DNA of 64,000 nt. Origin: an uncultured Candidatus Binatia bacterium (GTDB lineage: Bacteria > Desulfobacterota > Binatia > Bin18). The notes under the pieces are model-generated. The model ran no database searches and was not told the DNA's origin. It was given only the letters and a program-made list of their open reading frames with translations. Where the stretch lies: assembly GCA_965200355.1 (NCBI GenBank), contig OZ241351.1, positions 2,982,735 through 3,046,734 of the forward strand, read 5' to 3'. The position numbers were made by a program, and so were the translations under genes. Below are positions 10,301-17,625 of this stretch, one piece after another; position 1 is the stretch's first letter; each line of letters starts with the position of its first letter.

Positions 10301-11074
10301 ATGAGCAGCCAATTTGACGAACTCAAACGTCAGGTCATGGAGTCACAGGCCTGGCAGTCCATTTTCCGCCACGGCTACGAAGATACACCACGCAACCGTA
10401 TTCTGATGGTCTCGGGCAATGTCTGGCTCCATCTGCACCCATCGAAAGTCCGCAAGCATGCCACACGTTTACGTTTCACCTGGTGTATGGGTGGCATTAC
10501 CTTTCTGATGTATTTGGTCACGGTAGTCACCGGTGTGTATCTGATGTTCTACTACCGCCCTGTCGCAGAATATGCCTACGCCGACATTAAATACCTCGAA
10601 TTTGATATGCCATTCGGCATGTTGATGCGCAATATGCACCGCTGGGCCGCCCACGGCATGGTCATCGCGGTGTGGCTGCATATGTTTCGCGTCTTTATGA
10701 CGGGTTCGTATAAGCCCCCGCGCGAGTTTAATTGGGTCGTCGGTGTCCTGCTCTTAGTCTTGACTTTGCTTCTTTCGTTTACCGGATACCTCCTGCCGTG
10801 GGACCAGCTTGCTATCTGGGCCGTTTCGGTCGGGTCGAATATGGGCCGAGCAACCCCTTTGTTAGGATATGAAGGGCCTTTCAATGAGGTGCTCGGGGTG
10901 AACCCCATTTACGACGCTCGCGCCTTTCTCTTTGGTGGTGGGGATATTGGGGCCCATACTTTACTCCGTTTCTATATTTTGCATTGCATCTTTATCCCAC
11001 TCGTGACGAGTTTATTTCTGGCGGTCCATTTTTGGCGTATCCGGCGCGACGGATTCTCGGGGCCAGCCCTCTAG
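10301..11074 (+). CDS. Cytochrome b, b6-like (N-terminal four-helix half)
   Basis: Cytochrome b N-terminal domain pattern (RNMHRWAAHGMVIAVWLHMFRVF). TWCMGGITF resembles the b6 YCLGGIT motif with the haem-ci cysteine. The protein ends after helix D. Confidence 0.85.
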   Translation: MSSQFDELKRQVMESQAWQSIFRHGYEDTPRNRILMVSGNVWLHLHPSKVRKHATRLRFTWCMGGITFLMYLVTVVTGVYLMFYYRPVAEYAYADIKYLEFDMPFGMLMRNMHRWAAHGMVIAVWLHMFRVFMTGSYKPPREFNWVVGVLLLVLTLLLSFTGYLLPWDQLAIWAVSVGSNMGRATPLLGYEGPFNEVLGVNPIYDARAFLFGGGDIGAHTLLRFYILHCIFIPLVTSLFLAVHFWRIRRDGFSGPAL

Positions 11075-11086
11075 TCGAGGTTTCCT

Positions 11087-11182
11087 ATGCGTGTGCTCGC
11101 AATTCCTATCTTAGTCGGCGTTGTGTGCTGGCTGCTATACATAGTGGCGAAACCCAAAGCGTCTTCTTCGGAAGACCAGTAA
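11087..11182 (+). CDS. Possible 31-aa single-TM mini-protein between the cytochrome b and subunit IV genes
   Basis: GAGG 6 nt upstream of ATG. MRVLAIPILVGVVCWLLYIVAKPKASSSEDQ. Fills an otherwise unexplained 123-nt gap. Below the ORF-track length cutoff. Confidence 0.4.
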   Translation: MRVLAIPILVGVVCWLLYIVAKPKASSSEDQ

Positions 11183-11197
11183 AAAAGGAAGCTGTTT

Positions 11198-11995
11198 ATG
11201 GCGGAAATGGCCTCAGCTGCCCCGCGAGTCGAGGTGACGCTCAAAAAGGCGACCGGCCCTGGCGATGATAAGGTCCATACCTGGCCGAACCTGGTTCGAG
11301 CGGAATTCCTCTGCACCCTGTTTACGATTATCTTCCTGCTCCTGTGGTCGCTGCTGGTCGATGCGCCGCTTGAAGAGCCGGCCGACCCTGGGCGCACGCC
11401 CAACCCGTCTAAAGCGCCCTGGTACTTCCTCGGCTTGCAAGAAATATTGGTCTTTTTCGACCCCTGGCATGCTGGAGTGGTCGCCCCCACCTTTATCATC
11501 ATGGGACTGATGGTCATTCCCTATATCGATATCAATCCCAAGGGAAACGGCTATTACACGTTTAAGGAACGGAAATACGAAATCATAACCTTTATTTTTG
11601 GTTTCCATGTGCTGTGGATTTCAACCATCATTATTGGCACCTTTGTCCGGGGGCCAGGCTGGAATTGGTTTTGGCCCTGGGAGGTATGGGACGCTCACTT
11701 GGTTGAAGCCTTGACCAACCAAGATTTGCCTTATCTGATTGGTATCCGAGATTACTGGACTGCGGCGGCCTTCGGCCTGTCGCTCATCATCGGCTTCTTC
11801 GTGCTGGGGACCGCCGCCATGTATTGGTGGGTGGTGTGGCTCAAGGGGCGTGAATTCATGCAGCGCTGGGGGGCGGCTCGATTTTTCTTAACGTCATTTC
11901 TCACCCTGAATATGATTGCCGTGGTGATTAAGATGCTTCTGCGCCACATACTGAATGTCAAGTATATTTTAGTGACGCCGTGGATTAATGTCTGA
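11198..11995 (+). CDS. Cytochrome b C-terminal half / subunit IV-like protein (extended)
   Basis: PNPSKAPWYFLGLQEILVFF matches the PEWY-type motif of cytochrome b C-terminal domain / b6f subunit IV. Multiple TM helices. Confidence 0.8.
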   Translation: MAEMASAAPRVEVTLKKATGPGDDKVHTWPNLVRAEFLCTLFTIIFLLLWSLLVDAPLEEPADPGRTPNPSKAPWYFLGLQEILVFFDPWHAGVVAPTFIIMGLMVIPYIDINPKGNGYYTFKERKYEIITFIFGFHVLWISTIIIGTFVRGPGWNWFWPWEVWDAHLVEALTNQDLPYLIGIRDYWTAAAFGLSLIIGFFVLGTAAMYWWVVWLKGREFMQRWGAARFFLTSFLTLNMIAVVIKMLLRHILNVKYILVTPWINV

Positions 11996-12027
11996 AGAAG
12001 GGTCAACGTCTCCAAGCATCTCCTCTG

Positions 12028-12201
12028 ATGTTTTATCTGGCAAAAATTCTTCAGGCCCTTGGAATTGCAGACGTTGGATATGCTTTATTCGTTGGTTTGA
12101 CTGAAGAAAAAAGCATGAGTAAGGAATTGTGGCTCCTTGGGATTGGGGTAGTAGTCTTTTATCTCGGTCGCTTCCTTGAGACGCGAGCAACCGGCTCGTA
12201 G
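12028..12201 (+). CDS. Possible 57-aa two-TM mini-protein
   Basis: MFYLAKILQALGIADVGYALFVGLTEEKSMSKELWLLGIGVVVFYLGRFLETRATGS. Stop lies 9 nt before the next ATG. No clear Shine-Dalgarno. Below the ORF-track cutoff. Confidence 0.35.
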   Translation: MFYLAKILQALGIADVGYALFVGLTEEKSMSKELWLLGIGVVVFYLGRFLETRATGS

Positions 12202-12210
12202 TGGATTATT

Positions 12211-14940
12211 ATGGCACGTAGAGAAGTTGACGACGAAAAGAAATCGTACAGTGGAGTCTTTCTCTTCGCAGTAGGGCTGCTGCTGATCGGGTCAGTGTGG
12301 TCGGTCTGGGACGATGCGATTTCGCGCCGGCCCTGGAAGAAATACCAGGCTGAATTCTCGATGCTCGCCTACAACCAAACGCGGGTAGAAATTCAGGCTG
12401 AAGAAGAGCGTCTGGCCGCAGACTCGGCCTATCAAGAGGCCATGGCGGCATTAGAATCGGCCCAGACCGATATTGCGGGAGGGGAAGGGGGGCAGCGTCT
12501 CGCCACGCTGCAAACCGAACTTGCGGCCGCCGAAATGCGGACAAGCGATGCGGAGAATGCTTTACGTATCGTCCGGAGCGAAATTGAGGCCGCCTGGTAC
12601 GAATACGACCACGCCATTCAGTTGGAACACTCGACAAAAGACGAGAAATCCCATCTTGATGCGCTCTTGGCCGAGGCGGACGCGCGTGAGAAGGTCTTTC
12701 TGACCGAGCAATCGGAGCGGGACCGGATTGAAAACGAAATCAATGAGATCAATGCGCGTGTGATTGAAGCCCAAGACACACTGCGCAAAATGAACCAGCA
12801 AAAGGATTTCCTGACACAAAGGCTTGGCAATTACGTCATGCAGCCGCTCCCGGGGCTTGTCCTCCCCGCGATTCCCGCTATTACGCAGGTGGTCGTGCCG
12901 GAATTCGACCACGGCAATTTTGATACCCCTCTGGCGCGCGTTGACCGCTGCCAATCCTGCCATGTCGGTATTGACAAGCGAGGATTTGAAGATCAGCCGA
13001 ACCCGCACAAAACCCATCCGCAGTATGACCTCTTGATCGCGAATCATCCCCCGGAGTCGTTCGGCTGCACCTCGTGTCATAACGGCCAGGGGGTTGCAAC
13101 CAGTAGCGTGGATATTGCCCACGGCTATGTACAATTCTGGGAGCATCCGTTGCTGCTCGGCCCCAAGATGGAAGCCAACTGTCTGAGTTGTCATACCGAT
13201 ATGCAGACGATAGCCACGAAGAACACCACCGTTGGCCAGCATATCGCCCGCGGCGAAAAGCTCTTTATGCAGCTCGGCTGTACAGGTTGTCATTTGGTCG
13301 AGGGGTACGGCGAGGCCAAGGAAATAGGCCCCTATCTGCGGCGAGTCGCCGCCAAGTCCGACCCGGCCTGGATGGTTGAATGGGTCACTCACCCGCATGA
13401 ATTTCGCCCTCATACCCGGATGCCGCACTTCTTTTTTACCGAAGATCAGGGCCGGGCTGTGACGGCCTACCTGATGAAGGCGAGCATGGAGGAGGGGCAG
13501 GCTTGGTTGGAATCTCATCCCGAGCCTGAAGGGATTGATCCGACGGATGCCGCACTCGTCCAAAAAGGCGAACATTTTGTCAACTCCCTTGGTTGCCGAG
13601 CCTGCCATGGGTTCATCCCGGAACAGACCGCGACCATGGTCGGGCAGAATAAAAATCATGCGCCGAATTTAGCCCGGATTGCGGAAAAGACGAATGCGCG
13701 CTGGCTTTATCATTGGATTAAAAATCCGCGCGCCTACTCGCCAGATACGGCCATGCCGGACCTGCGTCTGAGTGATGAGGAAGCGCGCGCTATCGTGTCC
13801 TATCTTCTGACGCTCAAGACGGAAATTGAACGGCCAGATATTCGCGCCGAGCTGGAGGACCCAGACTTGCTTCTCGAAGGGGAGGGGCTGGTCCGAAAAT
13901 ATGGCTGCCACGGCTGCCACGATATCCCCGGCATGGAAAGAGAGGCGCGGATTGGGGTCGAGTTGACCTCCTTCGGGGAGAAGAGCTTGGAAGAACTTTT
14001 CTTTGGGAACCGGACGGATGTCCCGCATACCTGGGAAGACTGGACGTATGAAAAGGTGAATGCCCCGCGGAGCTATGCCACAGAACGCATTGAGCAGCTC
14101 ATGCCGTGGTTCAGTCTCTCAGACGAGGATATTCTCTCTGTCCGTGTCTTTTTGAAGAGCCAGACCGGACATCATGTGCCTGAGCAATTCACCGCCCACA
14201 GTGACTGGACCGACGCCATTGTCGAGGGACAGCGTCTGGTCCAGTACTACAATTGCACTGGCTGTCATGTGATTGAGGGCGGCGGCGGAGACATTCGCTC
14301 GCTCTATTTGGACAATCCGTCCTTTGCCCCGCCCATTCTGACCGGACAGGGGAAAAAGGTGCAGCCCGACTGGTTCTACGGCTTTCTCCAACAGCCCATA
14401 CCCATCCGTCCCTGGCTCGAACTGCGGATGCCGACCTTTCATCTCGCCAATGACGAGGCGAGCGGCATCGTGGACTATTTCAACGCCTTGAGCAAATTGG
14501 AGATCCCCTACAACTATTTTGACCGTTCACGCACCTCGCCAGAAATGATTCACGCGGGTGAGGCCCTCATGTCAGAGGACTACTTCGCGTGCTTTTCCTG
14601 CCATCAGCAGGGCGACCGCAAACCGGAGGGACCGCCTGCCGGCTGGGCACCGGACCTCGCCTTGGCAAAAGAGCGCCTGAACCCTGAATGGATTGTCGAG
14701 TGGATTCAAGATCCCCAGGCCCTCATGCCAGGGACGAATATGCCGACCTTTTATCCTGGCGGTCCGGATGATGTTTTTGACGGCGACGAGGACAAGCAAA
14801 TTGTGGCTATGCGGGATTATATCATGCTACTGGGGATCGACGATCCGTTTGCCAGTATGAGAGTGGGAATGGAGCAAGTGGAACGGCGGCTACTACCACG
14901 GCCCAGACGACCCAGGCCGTCATGGATACCGAACCCATGA
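12211..14940 (+). CDS. Membrane-anchored multihaem cytochrome c (8 CxxCH) associated with the bc complex
   Basis: N-terminal TM helix followed by about 190 aa of heptad-like charged sequence. Haem motifs CQSCH, CTSCH, CLSCH, CTGCH, CRACH, CHGCH, CTGCH, CFSCH. The last five are each followed by an MPxF methionine motif. Confidence 0.85.
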   Translation: MARREVDDEKKSYSGVFLFAVGLLLIGSVWSVWDDAISRRPWKKYQAEFSMLAYNQTRVEIQAEEERLAADSAYQEAMAALESAQTDIAGGEGGQRLATLQTELAAAEMRTSDAENALRIVRSEIEAAWYEYDHAIQLEHSTKDEKSHLDALLAEADAREKVFLTEQSERDRIENEINEINARVIEAQDTLRKMNQQKDFLTQRLGNYVMQPLPGLVLPAIPAITQVVVPEFDHGNFDTPLARVDRCQSCHVGIDKRGFEDQPNPHKTHPQYDLLIANHPPESFGCTSCHNGQGVATSSVDIAHGYVQFWEHPLLLGPKMEANCLSCHTDMQTIATKNTTVGQHIARGEKLFMQLGCTGCHLVEGYGEAKEIGPYLRRVAAKSDPAWMVEWVTHPHEFRPHTRMPHFFFTEDQGRAVTAYLMKASMEEGQAWLESHPEPEGIDPTDAALVQKGEHFVNSLGCRACHGFIPEQTATMVGQNKNHAPNLARIAEKTNARWLYHWIKNPRAYSPDTAMPDLRLSDEEARAIVSYLLTLKTEIERPDIRAELEDPDLLLEGEGLVRKYGCHGCHDIPGMEREARIGVELTSFGEKSLEELFFGNRTDVPHTWEDWTYEKVNAPRSYATERIEQLMPWFSLSDEDILSVRVFLKSQTGHHVPEQFTAHSDWTDAIVEGQRLVQYYNCTGCHVIEGGGGDIRSLYLDNPSFAPPILTGQGKKVQPDWFYGFLQQPIPIRPWLELRMPTFHLANDEASGIVDYFNALSKLEIPYNYFDRSRTSPEMIHAGEALMSEDYFACFSCHQQGDRKPEGPPAGWAPDLALAKERLNPEWIVEWIQDPQALMPGTNMPTFYPGGPDDVFDGDEDKQIVAMRDYIMLLGIDDPFASMRVGMEQVERRLLPRPRRPRPSWIPNP

Positions 14941-15069
14941 CAGAGGAGCCGGCTCAGTCTGCTGACGGTGAAAGAGAATCAGAAAATACTGAAGAGACCG
15001 AAACCACTACTATGTAAAAAGATTGCGATTCAGTCGAGGTACAAAATCTCATAACCCTGAGGAGGAAGT

Positions 15070-15792
15070 ATGTGTATCATGAATAGTAAGACAGTTATCT
15101 CTCTTGTTGCAGGAGCCAGCCTCTCGATCGCTTCTGTCGCTTCTGGGTACGATGTCGGTGCGGTTAGCAACGGCGGGAGTATTAGCGGAAGCATTACATT
15201 TGCCGGTGACGCCCCTGAAGCCAAACCTATTGAAGCAACCAAAGACGCAAAAGTCTGTGCACAGACACAAAAGTATGATGAAAGTCTCATCGTTGGGGAG
15301 AATAAGGCTATAAAGAACGCGGTCATCTCAATCTCGAATATCACGGCCGGAAAAGATTTTGGCGAGGCCATGCCTTTGGACCAAAAAGAATGTGTCTACA
15401 CGCCGCATATCGTTCTTACACCAGCCGGGTCTGAACTTGAGATTCTCAATAACGACGGGATTCTGCACAACATTCACACCTACAGCGAGGCGAACCCGGC
15501 CTTTAATCAGGCGCAGCCGAAATTTAAGAAGAAGCTGAAGAAGAAATTCGACCATCCCGAATACGTAAAAGTGACCTGTGATGCCCATAACTGGATGACC
15601 GGATGGATTGTTGTTATGGATCATCCCTATTACGCGGTGACTGACGGGGCGGGGCAGTTCAGCCTGAGTGATGTGCCTGCTGGCGAGTATGAAGTAAAGA
15701 TATGGCATGAAACCTTAGGTGAAACCATGCAAAAGGTCACCGTGGAAGCCGGCAGCGATACGAGCCTTGCGGTGGAGCTCAGCCAGTCCTGA
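15070..15792 (+). CDS. Secreted cupredoxin (type-1 copper) protein with C-terminal carboxypeptidase-regulatory-like beta domain
   Basis: Signal peptide present. Candidate Cu ligands are H in GILHNIHT and C-x2-H-x2-M in VTCDAHNWM (amicyanin-like loop). Tail is GQFSLSDVPAGEYEVKIWHE. The start could instead be ATG 15079. Confidence 0.65.
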   Translation: MCIMNSKTVISLVAGASLSIASVASGYDVGAVSNGGSISGSITFAGDAPEAKPIEATKDAKVCAQTQKYDESLIVGENKAIKNAVISISNITAGKDFGEAMPLDQKECVYTPHIVLTPAGSELEILNNDGILHNIHTYSEANPAFNQAQPKFKKKLKKKFDHPEYVKVTCDAHNWMTGWIVVMDHPYYAVTDGAGQFSLSDVPAGEYEVKIWHETLGETMQKVTVEAGSDTSLAVELSQS

Positions 15793-15817
15793 TTCAGGAT
15801 TTTCCGACCAATAAAAA

Positions 15818-15845
15818 GGAGCCCGAATTCGGGCTCCTTTTTTTC
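15818..15845 (+). terminator. Rho-independent terminator
   Basis: Perfect hairpin GGAGCCCGAATTCGGGCTCC followed by TTTTTTTT, 26 nt after the cupredoxin stop. Confidence 0.85.
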
Positions 15846-15865
15846 TGTCCCCCCTCTTCACGGTA

Positions 15866-15889
15866 AAATTTAGACTATAGTCTAAATTT
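15866..15889. repeat. 24-bp perfect palindrome AAATTTAGACTATAGTCTAAATTT
   Basis: Read directly from the sequence. The GACTATAGTC core is shared with 15977-15996 and 56712-56731. Confidence 0.9.
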
Positions 15890-15976
15890 GGTAAACCTTT
15901 AATTTTCAAAATTAAAGCATCTCATTTTTTTGCTAGACCAGACAGTGAGCTAAAGTTTTTTCAGGGGAATTTACAA

Positions 15977-15996
15977 TTTTGACTATAATCATAAAT
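15977..15996. repeat. TTTTGACTATAATCATAAAT element (GACTATA-core family member)
   Basis: 18 of 20 positions identical to 56712-56731 (TTTTGACTATAGTCATATAT). Lies in an AT-rich spacer. Confidence 0.8.
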
Positions 15997-16049
15997 TCTA
16001 GTTTGTTTCGTAGTTTCCCTATAATACGCTGCAAGGCGGCCCTGATGAC

Positions 16050-16226
16050 CTATTCGCCGGCCTCGTTGCTAAAGATCACGGGCTTCTTGCCGAACGGCGG
16101 GTCGGCGAGCACGTGAACTAGGTGCTCGCCGACATCGGCCACCAGCCCAATCGTTTGACGAGAGCTGAGAAAATCCTGGAATGGCAAGACATCAACCCGG
16201 ACACACTTCGGGGATGGCAGAGAATC
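16050..16226 (-). pseudogene. Possible remnant of an N6-adenine methyltransferase (motif IV fragment)
   Basis: Stop-to-stop minus-strand frame reads DSLPSPKCVRVDVLPFQDFLSSRQTIGLVADVGEHLVHVLADPPFGKKPVIFSNEAGE. The (D/N)PPF-G motif preceded by hydrophobic residues is typical of amino-methyltransferases. There is no start codon and no motif I. Confidence 0.25.
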
Positions 16227-16316
16227 CTACGGAGCTACCATGCGCTTTCTGGGGAGCGCGCCGTCCATTTTCAATGAAATTGTGACAGTAGGGATTGCCC
16301 GCACTTGTATATAATT

Positions 16317-16357
16317 TTACAGAATATCCATTATCGGACATAATGGATATTCTGTAA
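16317..16357 (-). terminator. 41-nt perfect hairpin (18-bp stem, 5-nt loop) just downstream of the TPR gene
   Basis: TTACAGAATATCCATTAT-CGGAC-ATAATGGATATTCTGTAA, 4 nt after the stop at 16362. Followed on the minus strand by an A/U-rich stretch but not a clean U tract. Confidence 0.4.
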
Positions 16358-16361
16358 GAAC

Positions 16362-17042
16362 TTACTTCTCCGTCTTGGTGCGAACGTAGTCTGCGAGTGG
16401 AGAGTCCGGGAATTGCTCTAGTAAATCGAAATAGGCTTGAGGAACGCCTTCCCCCTCCTGACGCGCTAAGACTTCTCCCAGGGCGAGCAAGGCTTCACTC
16501 TTACTTGGCCCGTCTAGCAGGGAAGCTTCACGATACCACTGGACCGCAGCATTGAATTCCGCTGCTTCTTCCGCCCCTTGACCCAAACGTAAGAGCGCAA
16601 TCTGTTTCATATACGCGCCAGCGTCAGGGGACGCCGCGACTCGCTCGTAGGCAGCCTTCGCCTCCAGTAACTGATGGCGCTTCTCAAACGCTTCCCCTAG
16701 GTACAAAACGGCAATCCCCCTACTCTCGCCGTTCAGGGCCGCCTCGGCCTGGGTGAGTTCGGTCACAGCCCCCTCGTACTCCTCCGAGGCGATGGCAAGG
16801 AGGCCAAGTCGAAAGTGTTCCAGTCCCTGACTCTGACGATACTGCACCCAGGCCGCCCAAGAAACGCCTGATATGGCGCAGACAATGACGACAACACCCC
16901 CCAGGACAATCTGCTGTTTGTAGCGTGAGATCACGGCCGACTGCTGCCGGAGCCATTCGATCAGGCGCGCTGAGGGGTATGAGGATGGAGACAGTTCTTG
17001 TTTACGAGTACGTGCCATGGACCGGAGCGAGTCGTCTTCCAC
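16362..17042 (-). CDS. Single-pass membrane TPR-like protein (YfgM-like architecture)
   Basis: N-terminal TM (IVLGGVVVIVCAISGVSWAAWV) followed by TPR-like helical repeats. Start lies 3 nt after the stop of the upstream DUF151 gene. Confidence 0.5.
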   Translation of the reverse strand: MEDDSLRSMARTRKQELSPSSYPSARLIEWLRQQSAVISRYKQQIVLGGVVVIVCAISGVSWAAWVQYRQSQGLEHFRLGLLAIASEEYEGAVTELTQAEAALNGESRGIAVLYLGEAFEKRHQLLEAKAAYERVAASPDAGAYMKQIALLRLGQGAEEAAEFNAAVQWYREASLLDGPSKSEALLALGEVLARQEGEGVPQAYFDLLEQFPDSPLADYVRTKTEK

Positions 17043-17045
17043 AGA

Positions 17046-17564
17046 CTACATTTTGTACTTAAAGTCGTCTGGAGACATTTTCTCCAGAATCTCTGCCCAT
17101 TTATCCCGAGAGACGCTCGACAGGTCAGCCTCTTCCTCACTGTCTTCCATCTGTTGGGACAGGCTTGACGACTCGATCACCTGGGCCGCAACAAAGATGG
17201 GACTCTTCGTGCGGAGCGCCAGCGAGATCGCATCGCTCGGCCGAGAATCAATCACCGTGTCTCGTTCCCCAATTTTCAGGCGAATGGCGGAATAATACGT
17301 ATTATCCTGGAGACTCGTGACCTCAATCGCCTCCACCCGGCCACCGACCTCTTTGAGCATATTGTGGAGAAGATCGTGGGTCATGGGCCGGGCCATTTTG
17401 ATGCCTTCCAACTCGGTCGCTATTGAGGTTGCTTCCATCAAGCCGATCCAAATCGGCAGGTTCAGCTTGTTCTCTACATCTTGCAGGATAACGATGGGAG
17501 TCTTGGTCACCGGGTCCAGCGTCAACCCGCCGACTTTCATTTCAATAAAGCCCTCGCGGTCCAT
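17046..17564 (-). CDS. Bifunctional nuclease (DUF151/BFN) family protein
   Basis: LPIWIGLMEATSIATELEG, RPMTHDLLHNMLKEVGG, DSRPSDAISLALRTKSPIFV. Acidic C-terminal tail ending DDFKYKM. Confidence 0.75.
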   Translation of the reverse strand: MDREGFIEMKVGGLTLDPVTKTPIVILQDVENKLNLPIWIGLMEATSIATELEGIKMARPMTHDLLHNMLKEVGGRVEAIEVTSLQDNTYYSAIRLKIGERDTVIDSRPSDAISLALRTKSPIFVAAQVIESSSLSQQMEDSEEEADLSSVSRDKWAEILEKMSPDDFKYKM

Positions 17565-17625
17565 TCCTCCTCCATTTGCATACGGTCACAAAAAGCGTAC
17601 CACCTTCAAGGCACCATGCCTACCG

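Noticed and set aside
14860-15017. Possible frameshift at the 3' end of the multihaem cytochrome gene. The annotated tail is RRLLPRPRRPRPSWIPNP, while the +1 frame reads SGNGASGTAATTTAQTTQAVMDTEPMTEEPAQSADGERESENTEETETTTM.
   Set aside because: Both tails are low-complexity, and neither can be validated from the sequence alone. There is no homopolymer or obvious slippery site. Worth a read-level check, but not supportable as a finding.
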